From contig JBGAML010000006.1 in the NCBI GenBank assembly GCA_044223005.1, positions 195,827-259,826 of the forward strand: a stretch of DNA of 64,000 nt. The letters run 5' to 3'. The notes under the pieces are model-generated. The model was not told the origin of the DNA. It did no database searches and saw only the letters and a list, made by a program, of their open reading frames with translations. Positions 12,071-21,195 of this stretch are shown here, in pieces. The position numbers were made by a program, and so were the translations under genes. The first letter of the stretch is position 1. Each line of letters begins with the position of its first letter. Source of the DNA: Candidatus Eiseniibacteriota bacterium (GTDB lineage Bacteria; Eisenbacteria; RBG-16-71-46).

Positions 12071-13060
12071 TCACGCGACGCGCCAGAACTCGGGTCGCGG
12101 TGCGCCCTGCGGGAGCTCGCGATGCTCGAGCAGGTCCACGAACACGTCGACGATCGTGCGGTCCCACTGTTCGCCGCCGCCCGCGCGCAGGCGGCGCACC
12201 GCTTCGTCGACGCCGATCGACGGCCGGTAGGGGCGGTTCGTCGTCATGGCGTCGAACGCGTCGGCGACCGAGATGATGCGCGCCTCGATCGGGATCGACT
12301 CGCCGGAGAGTCCGGACGGGTAGCCGCGGCCGTCCCAGCGCTCGTGGTGCGCCCGCACGATGGGCGCGACCACGGGGGCGAACCGCATCGGTGCCACGAT
12401 GGCCGCGCCGATGTCGGGATGGCGCTTCACCTCGTCGAACTCCTCGCGGGTCAGCGCCCCGGGCTTGCGCAGCACGGCGGGATCGACGCCGATCTTGCCG
12501 ATGTCGTGCAGCAGGCCGCCGTACCACGCGAAGCGCGCCTCGTCGGAGTTGGCGCCGATCGCGCGCGCCACGGCGTGGCTGTACTCCGCGAGCCGCCAGA
12601 GGTGCTGGTCGGTGTACGCGTCGCGGGCCTCGACCGTGCGCGCGAGCGCGAAGATGACGTTTTCGGTGCGCTCGAGCTGGTCGGTCAGGTGCTTCACGCG
12701 CATCAGCGAGCCGATGCGCGCGACGAGCAGGGCGAGCTCGAGCGGTTTGGAGACGAAGTCGTCGGCGCCGGCTTCGAGCCCGCGGATGCGGGTCGCGGCG
12801 TCGGCGAGGCCGGTCATCAGCACGACCGGCAGCAGGCCGCCGTTGGGCAGGGCACGGACGCGGCGGCAGACTTCGAGGCCGTCGAGCCCGGGCATCTGCA
12901 CGTCGACGAGCAGCAGGTCGGGAACATGGATCTGGAGTTCGTCGAGTGCCTGCTCGCCGTTCTCGGCGGTGCGCACGTGGTAGCCGTGCCGGACGAGAAG
13001 GCGTGAAAGAAGACCGCGGATCGCGGGGTCGTCGTCGCAGACGAGGACGCGGTCGCTCAT
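12071..13060 (-). CDS. Response regulator with HD-GYP phosphodiesterase domain (RpfG-like)
   Basis: REC domain (VCDDD, LVDVQMP, DDFVSKP) followed by EARDAYT..H, LLHDIGKI, HHERWDGRGYP, VADAFDAM, RPYR. Confidence 0.93.
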   Translation of the reverse strand: MSDRVLVCDDDPAIRGLLSRLLVRHGYHVRTAENGEQALDELQIHVPDLLLVDVQMPGLDGLEVCRRVRALPNGGLLPVVLMTGLADAATRIRGLEAGADDFVSKPLELALLVARIGSLMRVKHLTDQLERTENVIFALARTVEARDAYTDQHLWRLAEYSHAVARAIGANSDEARFAWYGGLLHDIGKIGVDPAVLRKPGALTREEFDEVKRHPDIGAAIVAPMRFAPVVAPIVRAHHERWDGRGYPSGLSGESIPIEARIISVADAFDAMTTNRPYRPSIGVDEAVRRLRAGGGEQWDRTIVDVFVDLLEHRELPQGAPRPEFWRVA

Positions 13061-13319
13061 GGACAGTGGACTCCTGTCCGAGGGTGGGGAGAGCGCGGCG
13101 CCGAGGGTCGTGGGGGAAGCGGTGCGAACATCCTGTTCGCGCGCACTCGTCCATGAGCGGACCCGGACTGTAGCGCGTTCCGGATGCATACGGAACGCGA
13201 AAGTGGTCCTCACGATGCCGCGAGGGCGCTCGCGATCGAGGGCTGCCGACACTGTGCTATCGTCGCGCGCGTCGGGTGCGACCACCGCGGGTCGCGCCAC
13301 CGTGATCCCGGGAGGAAAC

Positions 13320-13778
13320 ATGAGCGGAAGCATCTCCGAGCGCCTGCAGGCCGACATGGTCAAGGCGATGAAGGAAAAGGACGCCGAGACGCTGAGCACG
13401 CTGCGCATGCTCAAGGCCGGCCTCATGGAAGCCAAGACCGCCAAATCGAAGGACGCCGTGCTGAGCGCCGAGGAGGAGATCGAGGTCCTGCAGCGCTACG
13501 TGAAGAAGCGCCGCGAGACGATCGAGATCAACGCCAAGGCCGGCCGGGCGGACCTGAACGCCGCCGAGGAGCGCGAGATCGGCGTCACGCAGAAGTACCT
13601 GCCCGAGGCGATCGGCGAGGACGCGCTGCTCGAGATCGTGAAGCAGGCGGTGGCGTCGACCGGCGCGACGGGCCCGCGCGAGATGGGCAAGGTGATCGCG
13701 GCGGTCATGGCGCAGGTCAAGGGCCGGGCCGAGGGCAGCACCGTGTCCCGCCTCGTGAAGCAGGCCCTGGGCGGCTGA
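13320..13778 (+). CDS. GatB/YqeY domain protein
   Basis: DMVKAMKEKD..TLRML, KKRRE, GRADL, YLP, MGKVIAAV..GRAEG; SD GGAGG. Confidence 0.9.
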   Translation: MSGSISERLQADMVKAMKEKDAETLSTLRMLKAGLMEAKTAKSKDAVLSAEEEIEVLQRYVKKRRETIEINAKAGRADLNAAEEREIGVTQKYLPEAIGEDALLEIVKQAVASTGATGPREMGKVIAAVMAQVKGRAEGSTVSRLVKQALGG

Positions 13779-13784
13779 GCCCGG

Positions 13785-14633
13785 CTACCGTGCGGCCGAG
13801 TCGGGCGGCGCGGCCGGCACCGTCTCGGCGGGCGCCGGGGCCAGCGTCGTGTCGGGCTCCGGCGGCATTCCCAGCACCGCGCGCCAGTCGCGTTCGGAGA
13901 GTTCGCCGCGCCGGCGCATGCGCGAGGCGATCATGCGCACGCGCCGCTCGATGCGCCGCGGCGGCTCGACGGGCGAGAAGCGCCGCGGGTTGATGATGAC
14001 CGCGGCGAGCCGCACGGACTGCCGCGCACTCAGGGCCGACGCGGGCACGTGGAACCAGCGGCGCGCGGCCGCCTCGGCGCCGAACGTGCCGTCGCCCCAC
14101 TCGATCACGTTCAGGTAGAGCTCGAAGATCCGCTTCTTGGAGAGCGTGCGCTCGAGCTTCAAGGCGAGCAGCACCTCCTCGAACTTGCGCCAGGGCGTGC
14201 GGCTCGTGCCGAGCCACAGGTTCTTCGCGAGCTGCTGCGTGATCGTGCTGCCGCCGCGGGCGAACCGCATCTCGTGGAGATCCTTGCGTGCGCTCGCCTT
14301 GATCTCGTTCCAGTCCAGCCCGTCGTGTGAATAGAACGCGTCGTCCTCGGCGATCAGCACGGCGCGCCGCAGGTGCGGCGAGATGCGCTCGTAGGGCACC
14401 CGCCGCCAGGCGGGCGACCACGGCTTGCCCTGCTCGCGCGCCTCGCGCTCGCGCTGGCGCATGAGCGCGGTGGGCCCGGGGTCGTGCGTCGCGAGCGCGG
14501 CCACGTCGATGCTCGAGACGTGCACCCACGCCACGGCGACCATGGCGGCGAGCAGCGCCAGCACGCCGGCGGCGATGCGAACGAGCGTCCCGGCGAATCC
14601 CGGGCCCCGACGGCGTCTCGATCGTGGGGACAT
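13785..14633 (-). CDS. mtgA: Monofunctional peptidoglycan transglycosylase (GT51)
   Basis: EDDAFYSHDG, GGSTITQQLAKN, RKFEE, KKRIFELYLN; N-terminal TM; no transpeptidase domain. Confidence 0.93.
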   Translation of the reverse strand: MSPRSRRRRGPGFAGTLVRIAAGVLALLAAMVAVAWVHVSSIDVAALATHDPGPTALMRQREREAREQGKPWSPAWRRVPYERISPHLRRAVLIAEDDAFYSHDGLDWNEIKASARKDLHEMRFARGGSTITQQLAKNLWLGTSRTPWRKFEEVLLALKLERTLSKKRIFELYLNVIEWGDGTFGAEAAARRWFHVPASALSARQSVRLAAVIINPRRFSPVEPPRRIERRVRMIASRMRRRGELSERDWRAVLGMPPEPDTTLAPAPAETVPAAPPDSAAR

Positions 14634-14955
14634 GCGCGGCTCCGTGGGAAAGGTGTTGCGAGTTCACGCCAGTCTAATGAAGTTGCGCATGGCTTCAAAT
14701 TGCGCGCGGCGCGAGGGCGAGCAGCCTTGCCTCGGCGAGGGCGGTGCCCGAGGCACGTGTGCTCACACGTACCTCGGGTCGGCGAAGTGGCGAACGCGAG
14801 CGAGAAAGACCTCGACGTGCGATCGCACTTGCGTATGCTCGCGACGCGTCCCCCAGACGTGTGTGCGAACTGGCGGTGGGTTCACGTGGCCGGCTCGCCG
14901 AGCCGCATTCGCATGCATGGTACGGAACGACCCTCCGGCCACACTGGGGTGACCG

Positions 14956-17900
14956 ATGCGCCTCCGCGCGTCCCGATGTGCTGCGCCATTCGTGGTTCAT
15001 CGCGAGCGTTCCCATCGCTCGATCCGGCATCGTTTCACGCTCATGCTGCTCGGCGCCCTGCTCGTTCTCGCCCCGGCCCGATCCGGGGCCAACGGCCAGT
15101 TCACGACACCGCTGTATCCCTCGCTCACGCAGGAACTGTGGCTGGTCGGGAACGGACCCGAAGACCTGTTCTCCGGGATCGCGTTCGATCGCGCGGGCAA
15201 TGTATGGCTGTCCGACGGCACGACGCCCACGCTCCGTCACTACGGCGGGGGACCGCTTCCGGAGTCCCAGGCGCACGGGTCGAAGACCGTGCATCTCGTC
15301 GACAAGACCTCACCGAATCCGGGGCATGGCATCACCCTGATTCGGGACATGGTCAACGACCGGACGGACAAGGGCGTGATGTACGGCCTGACGCCGCAGG
15401 GGGTCGTGAAGTTCTCGACGGACGACGGAAGCTGGCTCGCGGGGCCCTACCTGCCACCGGGCGCTGCGGCGGGGTATCTCGCCATCGCGGTCAGCCCTGC
15501 AGATGGCACGCTTTACTTCGAGGCGAAGCGCACCACGACCAACGCGATCGGGATCTTCCGCTGCGGACCGAACCTCACGGGCGGGCAACTCGTCTATCCG
15601 CAGGACACGGACCTCGACATCATTCACGAGGCGGACGGCATGGTCTTCGAGCCGACCGGCCAGTATCTCTTCGTCGCGCTCGATGGCGACCAGGCCATTC
15701 GCGTGCTCCAGCCCTCCGCGCCTCCCGCGAGCATGGTCGTGCAGACGTTCTCGACCGTCGGCCCCGGGCATCCCGCGAACAATCCCGACGGCCTCGCGTT
15801 TCACGACTGCGGCGACCCCTTCCTGGTCTCGAGCGACAACTCCGGGGCGCTGAGCCGGTACGTGTTCCCCCCGGGCGACTACTCGGCGCCGCCGACCATC
15901 GGCTATCTCGCGACGGGTGGCTTCCGCGGCGACTTCGTCAAGGTTGGCGGAGACAAGCTGTACGCCATCCAAACCCATCAGTTGGCCAATGAACCCTACG
16001 GCCTGATCCATGGGACGCGGTACGACGACGGCACGGTGTCGACCTCGTCTTCGGTGGTTCGCGTCGGGCCGTGCTTCCAGGCGTCCACCGCGGACAGCGC
16101 GTGCGCCGCGGCGCCGACGAACATGGTGGCCTGGTGGCCGCTCGACGATGGCGCGCCGCTGCTCGCTCGTGAGGCGCTGCAGGGCAAGTACAACGGCACC
16201 CAGATCCCGGCCTTCCCACCCTCGGGATTCGTGGCGGGGAAAGTGAACGGTGCCTACTACTTCGGGACCGACAATCGCTACGTGTCCGCGGGGCACGAAG
16301 TGGGGAAGTTCAGCGGTGATTTCACGGTCGATGCGTGGGTCAAGCTCGACCCGGGCCGCTCGACCTGTGGCGTCGTGGTGGACAAGGAGTCCGGGAACGC
16401 CACGACCAACATGCTCGGTTTCCAGCTGTCCGTGAACAACACGAACAACGTGGTCTGCGTCGTGGGACTGGGGGGGAAGCCGGATCTCGCCGGCCACCCG
16501 ACCACCCCGACGCGGCTGCTGGGCCCGGTGCTGACGCCGAGCGTCTGGCACCACCTGGCCTTCTCCGGCCAGCAGATCCACCAGTTCGTGCCTGGATCCG
16601 GGTGGACCACCCGGTACCTGCTGCGGCTCTGGGTCAACGGCATCTTCGAGGCGAACACTCAGACGCCGCAGACGGTCGGCCTCCTGAGCGTGGTGAACGA
16701 CGGCGACCTCCGCATCGGCCGCGGTTCCGAGAACCAGGGACCCTGTCCGTTCGGCGGGGCGATCGACGAGGTGGAGCTGTTCGATCGCATGCTCTTCAAC
16801 GACGAGGTCCTCGGCCTGGCCGAACGTCCGAAGTGCAAGTGCAACGTCCAGGTCTGCGACCCCATCCAGTTCGGTCCCAACGACCACACCCGTCCGGCCA
16901 AGATCCGGATCTGCAATCAGGGGCCGAGCACGTCGATTCCGTGGACCATCACCAAGCTGCCAGCCCAGGCTGCGCCGTGTTCCAAGGACTGCACGCCGAT
17001 CGACATCTCGCCGTCCTCGGGCTCGGTGTTCGTGCCGCAGGGCACCTGTGCCGTGGTCGACATCACGATCACGATGCCGCCGAACACGGTCGGCTACCTG
17101 CCCGACGACAAGACGGGCGCGTGCTTCATGCTGAGTTCTTCGAGCTGCAGCCCGACCGGGAACGCGATCGGGCACATCTTCGGCCCGACGATCATCGACT
17201 CCGTGACGCAGTGCGTGACTGATCCGGTGTGCTTCAAGCGCATCGTGCGGCCCGGCGAGATCCAGGCGGACTGGACGATCTACAACACCTCGGCGAGTTC
17301 CGCCGCCTTGCGGTGGTTCGCCTTCGAGACGCCACCGCTCGGGAGCCATTCGTCGCCCTCGCTCAGCCTTGACGGGTTGCCCCTGGGAATGCCGACGGCA
17401 CCCCAGTTCGTCACCGTGCCCGGAAACGGGTCGGTGCAGGTCGGTGTCACGGCGCGGCCCTACCTCGCCGTGACGCAGGAACCCACTCACCTGCAACTCG
17501 TCGTGGGCGCCGTCGCCGATTCCGAACCCGCGATCGTCTCGGACCTGGGCGTGAACTCCGACGAGTCCTGCGGAGGGCAGTCCGCCTCGTGGATGGTCGT
17601 TCCGACCGACAGTCTCGAGCCCGCGCGCCGGTCCGCCGGAACGATGATCACGGACGTTGCGAACGGCCGCCTGGTCCTGTTCGGGGGAACGGACGGGGTC
17701 AGCTCGTTCGACGATGTCTGGACCGCCGCGATCGGCACCAGCACCGTGTGGACACCGCTCGCGGTCGCGGGGACGCCGCCCGCGGCGCGGAGCGGGCATG
17801 CGGCCATCTACGACCCGCTGCGCCAGCGCATGGTCGTGTTCGGCGGCCGTAACGGCTCCGACCTGAACGACGCGTGGGAACTGAGCCTCGGGATGGGATC

Positions 17901-18855
17901 CGAGACCTGGACGCCGCTCGGCCCGCTCGGATCACCTCCGTCTCCGCGTTCGGGAGTCGCATCGATCTACGATCCGAATGGTGATCGGATGATCGTCTTC
18001 GGCGGCTCTTCGATGACGAACGACCTCCATGCGCTGAACCTCGGTGGCTCGACGTCGTGGACGCCGCTCTCGGCATCGGGAACCGCTCCGGATGCACGGC
18101 AGGGGGCGAGCGCCGTCTACGATCCACAGGGCCACCGCATGCTCGTCTTCGGCGGGGCAGGGACGCTCGCGGACCAGAACGACCTCTGGCAGCTCTCGCT
18201 CTCCGGAGCGCCGGCGTGGAGCAATGTCGGCGTCTCGGCGCCGTTGCCCGCGGCCCGGCACGATGCCTTTGCCGTCCTGGACACGGTCAGCCACACGCTG
18301 ACGATCTTCGGCGGCGCGGATGGTGCGGGGCTCCGAAGCGACATGTGGTCCCTCGATCTCGCCGGTCCCTCGCAGTGGGTCGATTCGGCCCCACTCGGCG
18401 TGGCGGGACCCGGCGCACGCTCCGGCGCGATGGGGCCGGCGGCGAGCATCGCCGGCCGGTCGTACCTGTTCGGCGGCGCGGACTCGAGCGCGACCGCCAT
18501 CGGCCTGTGGTCGCTGCCCAGTGCGCGCATCTGCGTGCCCTCGACCACGGTGGCCGGCGTCGCGCCTCCGGTGGTCGCCGGGGGCAGCCGATTCTCCCTG
18601 GCACCCAACCCGTTCCGCGGCGCCACCAACATCGCGTTTTCGCTCGCGGAGCGAGCTCCCGTGGTCGTGGGCGTGTTCGACGTCGCAGGCCGCAAGGTCC
18701 GCAAGATGGACCTGGGGATGCTGGGCCCGGGTCCGGCGATCATTCACTGGGATGGCAAGGACGACGATGGCGTGTCGCTCCATGCGGGGTTCTACTTCGT
18801 ACGCGCCCGGATCGGAACGCAGTCGGTGGTGAGGAGGGCCGTGATGCTGCGGTGA
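14956..18855 (+). CDS. Large secreted multidomain protein: beta-propeller, LamG-like, Cys-rich region, kelch-like repeats and FlgD-Ig/T9SS-like C-terminal domain
   Basis: Signal peptide (the start may be ATG 15043). MVAWWPLD...FTVDAWV...WHHLA...IDEVELF matches LamG. Repeated YDP..RMxVFGG..NDxW units. C-terminus PNPF...VFDVAGRKVR...WDGKD..G...AGFYFVR. Confidence 0.8.
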   Translation: MRLRASRCAAPFVVHRERSHRSIRHRFTLMLLGALLVLAPARSGANGQFTTPLYPSLTQELWLVGNGPEDLFSGIAFDRAGNVWLSDGTTPTLRHYGGGPLPESQAHGSKTVHLVDKTSPNPGHGITLIRDMVNDRTDKGVMYGLTPQGVVKFSTDDGSWLAGPYLPPGAAAGYLAIAVSPADGTLYFEAKRTTTNAIGIFRCGPNLTGGQLVYPQDTDLDIIHEADGMVFEPTGQYLFVALDGDQAIRVLQPSAPPASMVVQTFSTVGPGHPANNPDGLAFHDCGDPFLVSSDNSGALSRYVFPPGDYSAPPTIGYLATGGFRGDFVKVGGDKLYAIQTHQLANEPYGLIHGTRYDDGTVSTSSSVVRVGPCFQASTADSACAAAPTNMVAWWPLDDGAPLLAREALQGKYNGTQIPAFPPSGFVAGKVNGAYYFGTDNRYVSAGHEVGKFSGDFTVDAWVKLDPGRSTCGVVVDKESGNATTNMLGFQLSVNNTNNVVCVVGLGGKPDLAGHPTTPTRLLGPVLTPSVWHHLAFSGQQIHQFVPGSGWTTRYLLRLWVNGIFEANTQTPQTVGLLSVVNDGDLRIGRGSENQGPCPFGGAIDEVELFDRMLFNDEVLGLAERPKCKCNVQVCDPIQFGPNDHTRPAKIRICNQGPSTSIPWTITKLPAQAAPCSKDCTPIDISPSSGSVFVPQGTCAVVDITITMPPNTVGYLPDDKTGACFMLSSSSCSPTGNAIGHIFGPTIIDSVTQCVTDPVCFKRIVRPGEIQADWTIYNTSASSAALRWFAFETPPLGSHSSPSLSLDGLPLGMPTAPQFVTVPGNGSVQVGVTARPYLAVTQEPTHLQLVVGAVADSEPAIVSDLGVNSDESCGGQSASWMVVPTDSLEPARRSAGTMITDVANGRLVLFGGTDGVSSFDDVWTAAIGTSTVWTPLAVAGTPPAARSGHAAIYDPLRQRMVVFGGRNGSDLNDAWELSLGMGSETWTPLGPLGSPPSPRSGVASIYDPNGDRMIVFGGSSMTNDLHALNLGGSTSWTPLSASGTAPDARQGASAVYDPQGHRMLVFGGAGTLADQNDLWQLSLSGAPAWSNVGVSAPLPAARHDAFAVLDTVSHTLTIFGGADGAGLRSDMWSLDLAGPSQWVDSAPLGVAGPGARSGAMGPAASIAGRSYLFGGADSSATAIGLWSLPSARICVPSTTVAGVAPPVVAGGSRFSLAPNPFRGATNIAFSLAERAPVVVGVFDVAGRKVRKMDLGMLGPGPAIIHWDGKDDDGVSLHAGFYFVRARIGTQSVVRRAVMLR

Positions 18856-19039
18856 GCGCCGCGCTTCCGCATCCCGGCGCAAGATCCACCTCCGGCGGCC
18901 GCGCGGCATGCGGCATGCGCGGCCGCCGGATCCGTTCGGGCGCGCGTCGCGGGAGCCCCGCCGGCGTTCTGGCGCGCGGCGGGGACGCTGCCTATACTGC
19001 CGCGCCGGTTTCGCACTCCACCTTCACCCGGGGGCCGCC

Positions 19040-19831
19040 ATGAGCGCCACGAGCTTCCGTTTCCTTCTCGTCGAACGTCGCGGCGCGGTCACCGTGCTCA
19101 CGGTCAACCGCCCCGACAAGCTGAATGCCATCGATCGCGCCGTGCTCGAGGAGATCTCGGTCGCGGTGCGCGAGTTCGCCGCCGACGTGACGCAGGGCGT
19201 CCTGATCGTGACCGGTGCGGGACCCAAGGCCTTCATCGCCGGCGCCGACATCGGCGAGCTGCAGCCGCTGGGGCCCGTCGCCGCGGAGGACATCTCGCGC
19301 TTCGGCCAGTCGGTCGTCGACCAGCTCGAGAACTCGCGCAAACCCGTGATCGCCGCGGTCAACGGTTTCGCACTCGGCGGTGGCTGCGAGCTCGCGCTCG
19401 CGTGCCACATCCGGCTCGCGTCGGACAACGCGGTCTTCGGGCTGCCCGAGGTCAAGCTCGGCATCATCCCCGGCTACGGCGGCACGCAGCGGCTGCCGCG
19501 GCTCGTGGGGCAGGGGCGCGCGCTGGAGCTGATCCTGACGGGCCGCAACGTGAAGGCCGAGGAAGCGGCGGCGATCGGGCTCGTGAACCGCGTCGTGCCG
19601 CAGGCGGACCTGCTCGCCGAGGCCGAGGCGATGGCGAACGCGATGCTCAAGAACGGCCCGCTCGCGATCGAGGCCGCGCTCGAGTCCGTTGTCCGCGGCG
19701 GCAGCCTGCCGCTCGACCAGGGCCTGCGCTTCGAGAGCGGCCGCTTCGGCATCGTCGCGGCCACCGAGGACATGCACGAGGGCCTGCAGGCATTCCTCGA
19801 CAAGCGTTCGGCCAACTTCCAGCGCCGCTGA
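19040..19831 (+). CDS. Enoyl-CoA hydratase (crotonase family)
   Basis: NRPDKLNA, AFIAGADI, VNGFALGGGCELALACH, PEVKLGIIPGYGGTQRL with both catalytic Glu residues. Confidence 0.93.
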   Translation: MSATSFRFLLVERRGAVTVLTVNRPDKLNAIDRAVLEEISVAVREFAADVTQGVLIVTGAGPKAFIAGADIGELQPLGPVAAEDISRFGQSVVDQLENSRKPVIAAVNGFALGGGCELALACHIRLASDNAVFGLPEVKLGIIPGYGGTQRLPRLVGQGRALELILTGRNVKAEEAAAIGLVNRVVPQADLLAEAEAMANAMLKNGPLAIEAALESVVRGGSLPLDQGLRFESGRFGIVAATEDMHEGLQAFLDKRSANFQRR

Positions 19832-19968
19832 ACCGCCCGTTTCCGGCCGCGGGGCCGTTTCCGGCTCCGCGGCCGGACCGTTGCGTGGCCGGCAGGGTCC
19901 GGCTTCGCGGTTGAACCCCCGGCCGCCCCGTGCCGATAATGCGGACGACCCCTGTCCGCGGAGAAGTC

Positions 19969-20412
19969 ATGGAAGACATCCTGCACGACCTGATCCCGAT
20001 GTCGCTCTCGCTCCTGCTCGGCACGCTCGTCGGCTGGGAGCGCCAGATGGGCCGCAAGCCGGCCGGCCTGCGCACGCACGTGCTCGTGTGCCTGGGTTCG
20101 ACCATGTTCTGCCTCACGACCTCGTACGCGTACGCGGTGTTCGGCGGCCGCAGCCTCGACGCCACGCGTCTCGTGCACGGCGTGATCACCGGCGTCGGCT
20201 TCCTCGGCGCGGGCAGCATCATGCGCCACGAGGGCTACGTGGCCGGCCTCACGACGGCCGCGAGCGTGTGGATGGTCGCGGCGATCGGCGTCGCGGTCGG
20301 CGTGCACGCGTACGCGCTCGCCGTCATCGGCACCGTGTTCGCGCTCATCGTGCTCGAGGGCTACCGCTGGGTGGAGCGATTCCTGTCGCCGGGGCACGAG
20401 AACAGCGAATAG
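19969..20412 (+). CDS. MgtC/SapB family membrane protein (short form)
   Basis: GWERQ..KPAGLRTH, GVGFLGAG, GLTTAASVW; candidate promoter TTGAAC-18-GATAAT at 19911-19940. Confidence 0.92.
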   Translation: MEDILHDLIPMSLSLLLGTLVGWERQMGRKPAGLRTHVLVCLGSTMFCLTTSYAYAVFGGRSLDATRLVHGVITGVGFLGAGSIMRHEGYVAGLTTAASVWMVAAIGVAVGVHAYALAVIGTVFALIVLEGYRWVERFLSPGHENSE

Positions 20413-20427
20413 TGCGCGCGGCTCGCG

Positions 20428-20467
20428 ACACGAACGCCGGGCTCCTTGCGGAGCCCGGCGTTCGTGT
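20428..20467. terminator. Bidirectional terminator-like hairpin
   Basis: Perfect 18-bp inverted repeat acacgaacgccgggctcc-ttgc-ggagcccggcgttcgtgt between convergent genes. Confidence 0.7.
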
Positions 20468-20484
20468 TCGGGGCGAAGCGGCGA

Positions 20485-20814
20485 TCAGCCGATCGTCACG
20501 CGGCGCGAGGTGACGACGCGATCGGCGATCGTGAGACGGACGTGGTACTCACCGGACGGCACGCCACCGCCGCCCATGTCGCGGCCGTCCCAGCGGCAGG
20601 CGTGTTCGCCTGCGGGCAGCGCGCCATCGAGGAGCATGCGCACCAGGTGGCCGCCGGAGTTGAACACGCCGACGGTGGCCGTCACCGGACGCGGCAGCGC
20701 GAAGCGCAGCACGGCGACAGGCCCCGGATCCGGGACCGCCGCGCGCACGGGGCCTCGAGACGGGGCATGAGCCCAGGGAATCGGAACTGCGAACGATTCG
20801 GCACGACGAGCCAT
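20485..20814 (-). CDS. Small stand-alone FlgD-Ig/CTD-like domain protein
   Basis: LRFALP...VGVFNSGGHLVRMLLDG..PAGEH..RWDGRD..G..VPSGEYHVRL resembles the C-terminus of 14956..18855. No signal peptide; start codon uncertain. Confidence 0.7.
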   Translation of the reverse strand: MARRAESFAVPIPWAHAPSRGPVRAAVPDPGPVAVLRFALPRPVTATVGVFNSGGHLVRMLLDGALPAGEHACRWDGRDMGGGGVPSGEYHVRLTIADRVVTSRRVTIG

Positions 20815-21142
20815 GAAGCAGGCCTCGTCCAGCCGGGTGCGGGGGCCGGGCCGGAAAGTTGAGGGACCAAGATCGACGGGTTCGCGGGGGTCGTCGCCGC
20901 GCAGCCGGTACGATCGCCAAGGGGTGGATCGGAGGGGCGGGCGTCGAAGCGCGTCGACCAAGGCCGACTATACTCCGGGCTGCATCCGAGCCAAGTAAAC
21001 TCGTCCTGAACGTACGCTGAACGCCCGAACCCGCCGGCCTTTCGGACTCTCCGCGCACATCCCTTCAACGTGCGGACCGGCCCGAGCGCACGGAAAAAAT
21101 GCGGTTTCGATCACCCCGGCCGATCGATGTTCAGTGCGAGCC

Positions 21143-21169
21143 GTACGCGGCACGCGAAGTGCCGCGTGC
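21143..21169 (-). terminator. Hairpin downstream of leuB
   Basis: gtacgcggcac-gcgaa-gtgccgcgtgc. Confidence 0.45.
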
Positions 21170-21195
21170 AACCCCTACGCCCGGGCCGGGTTGGC

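Noticed and set aside
20975..21170. 6S RNA or another known ncRNA in the leuB downstream gap
   Set aside because: Only scattered short stems are present, with no convincing long rod with a central bubble or recognisable family motif.
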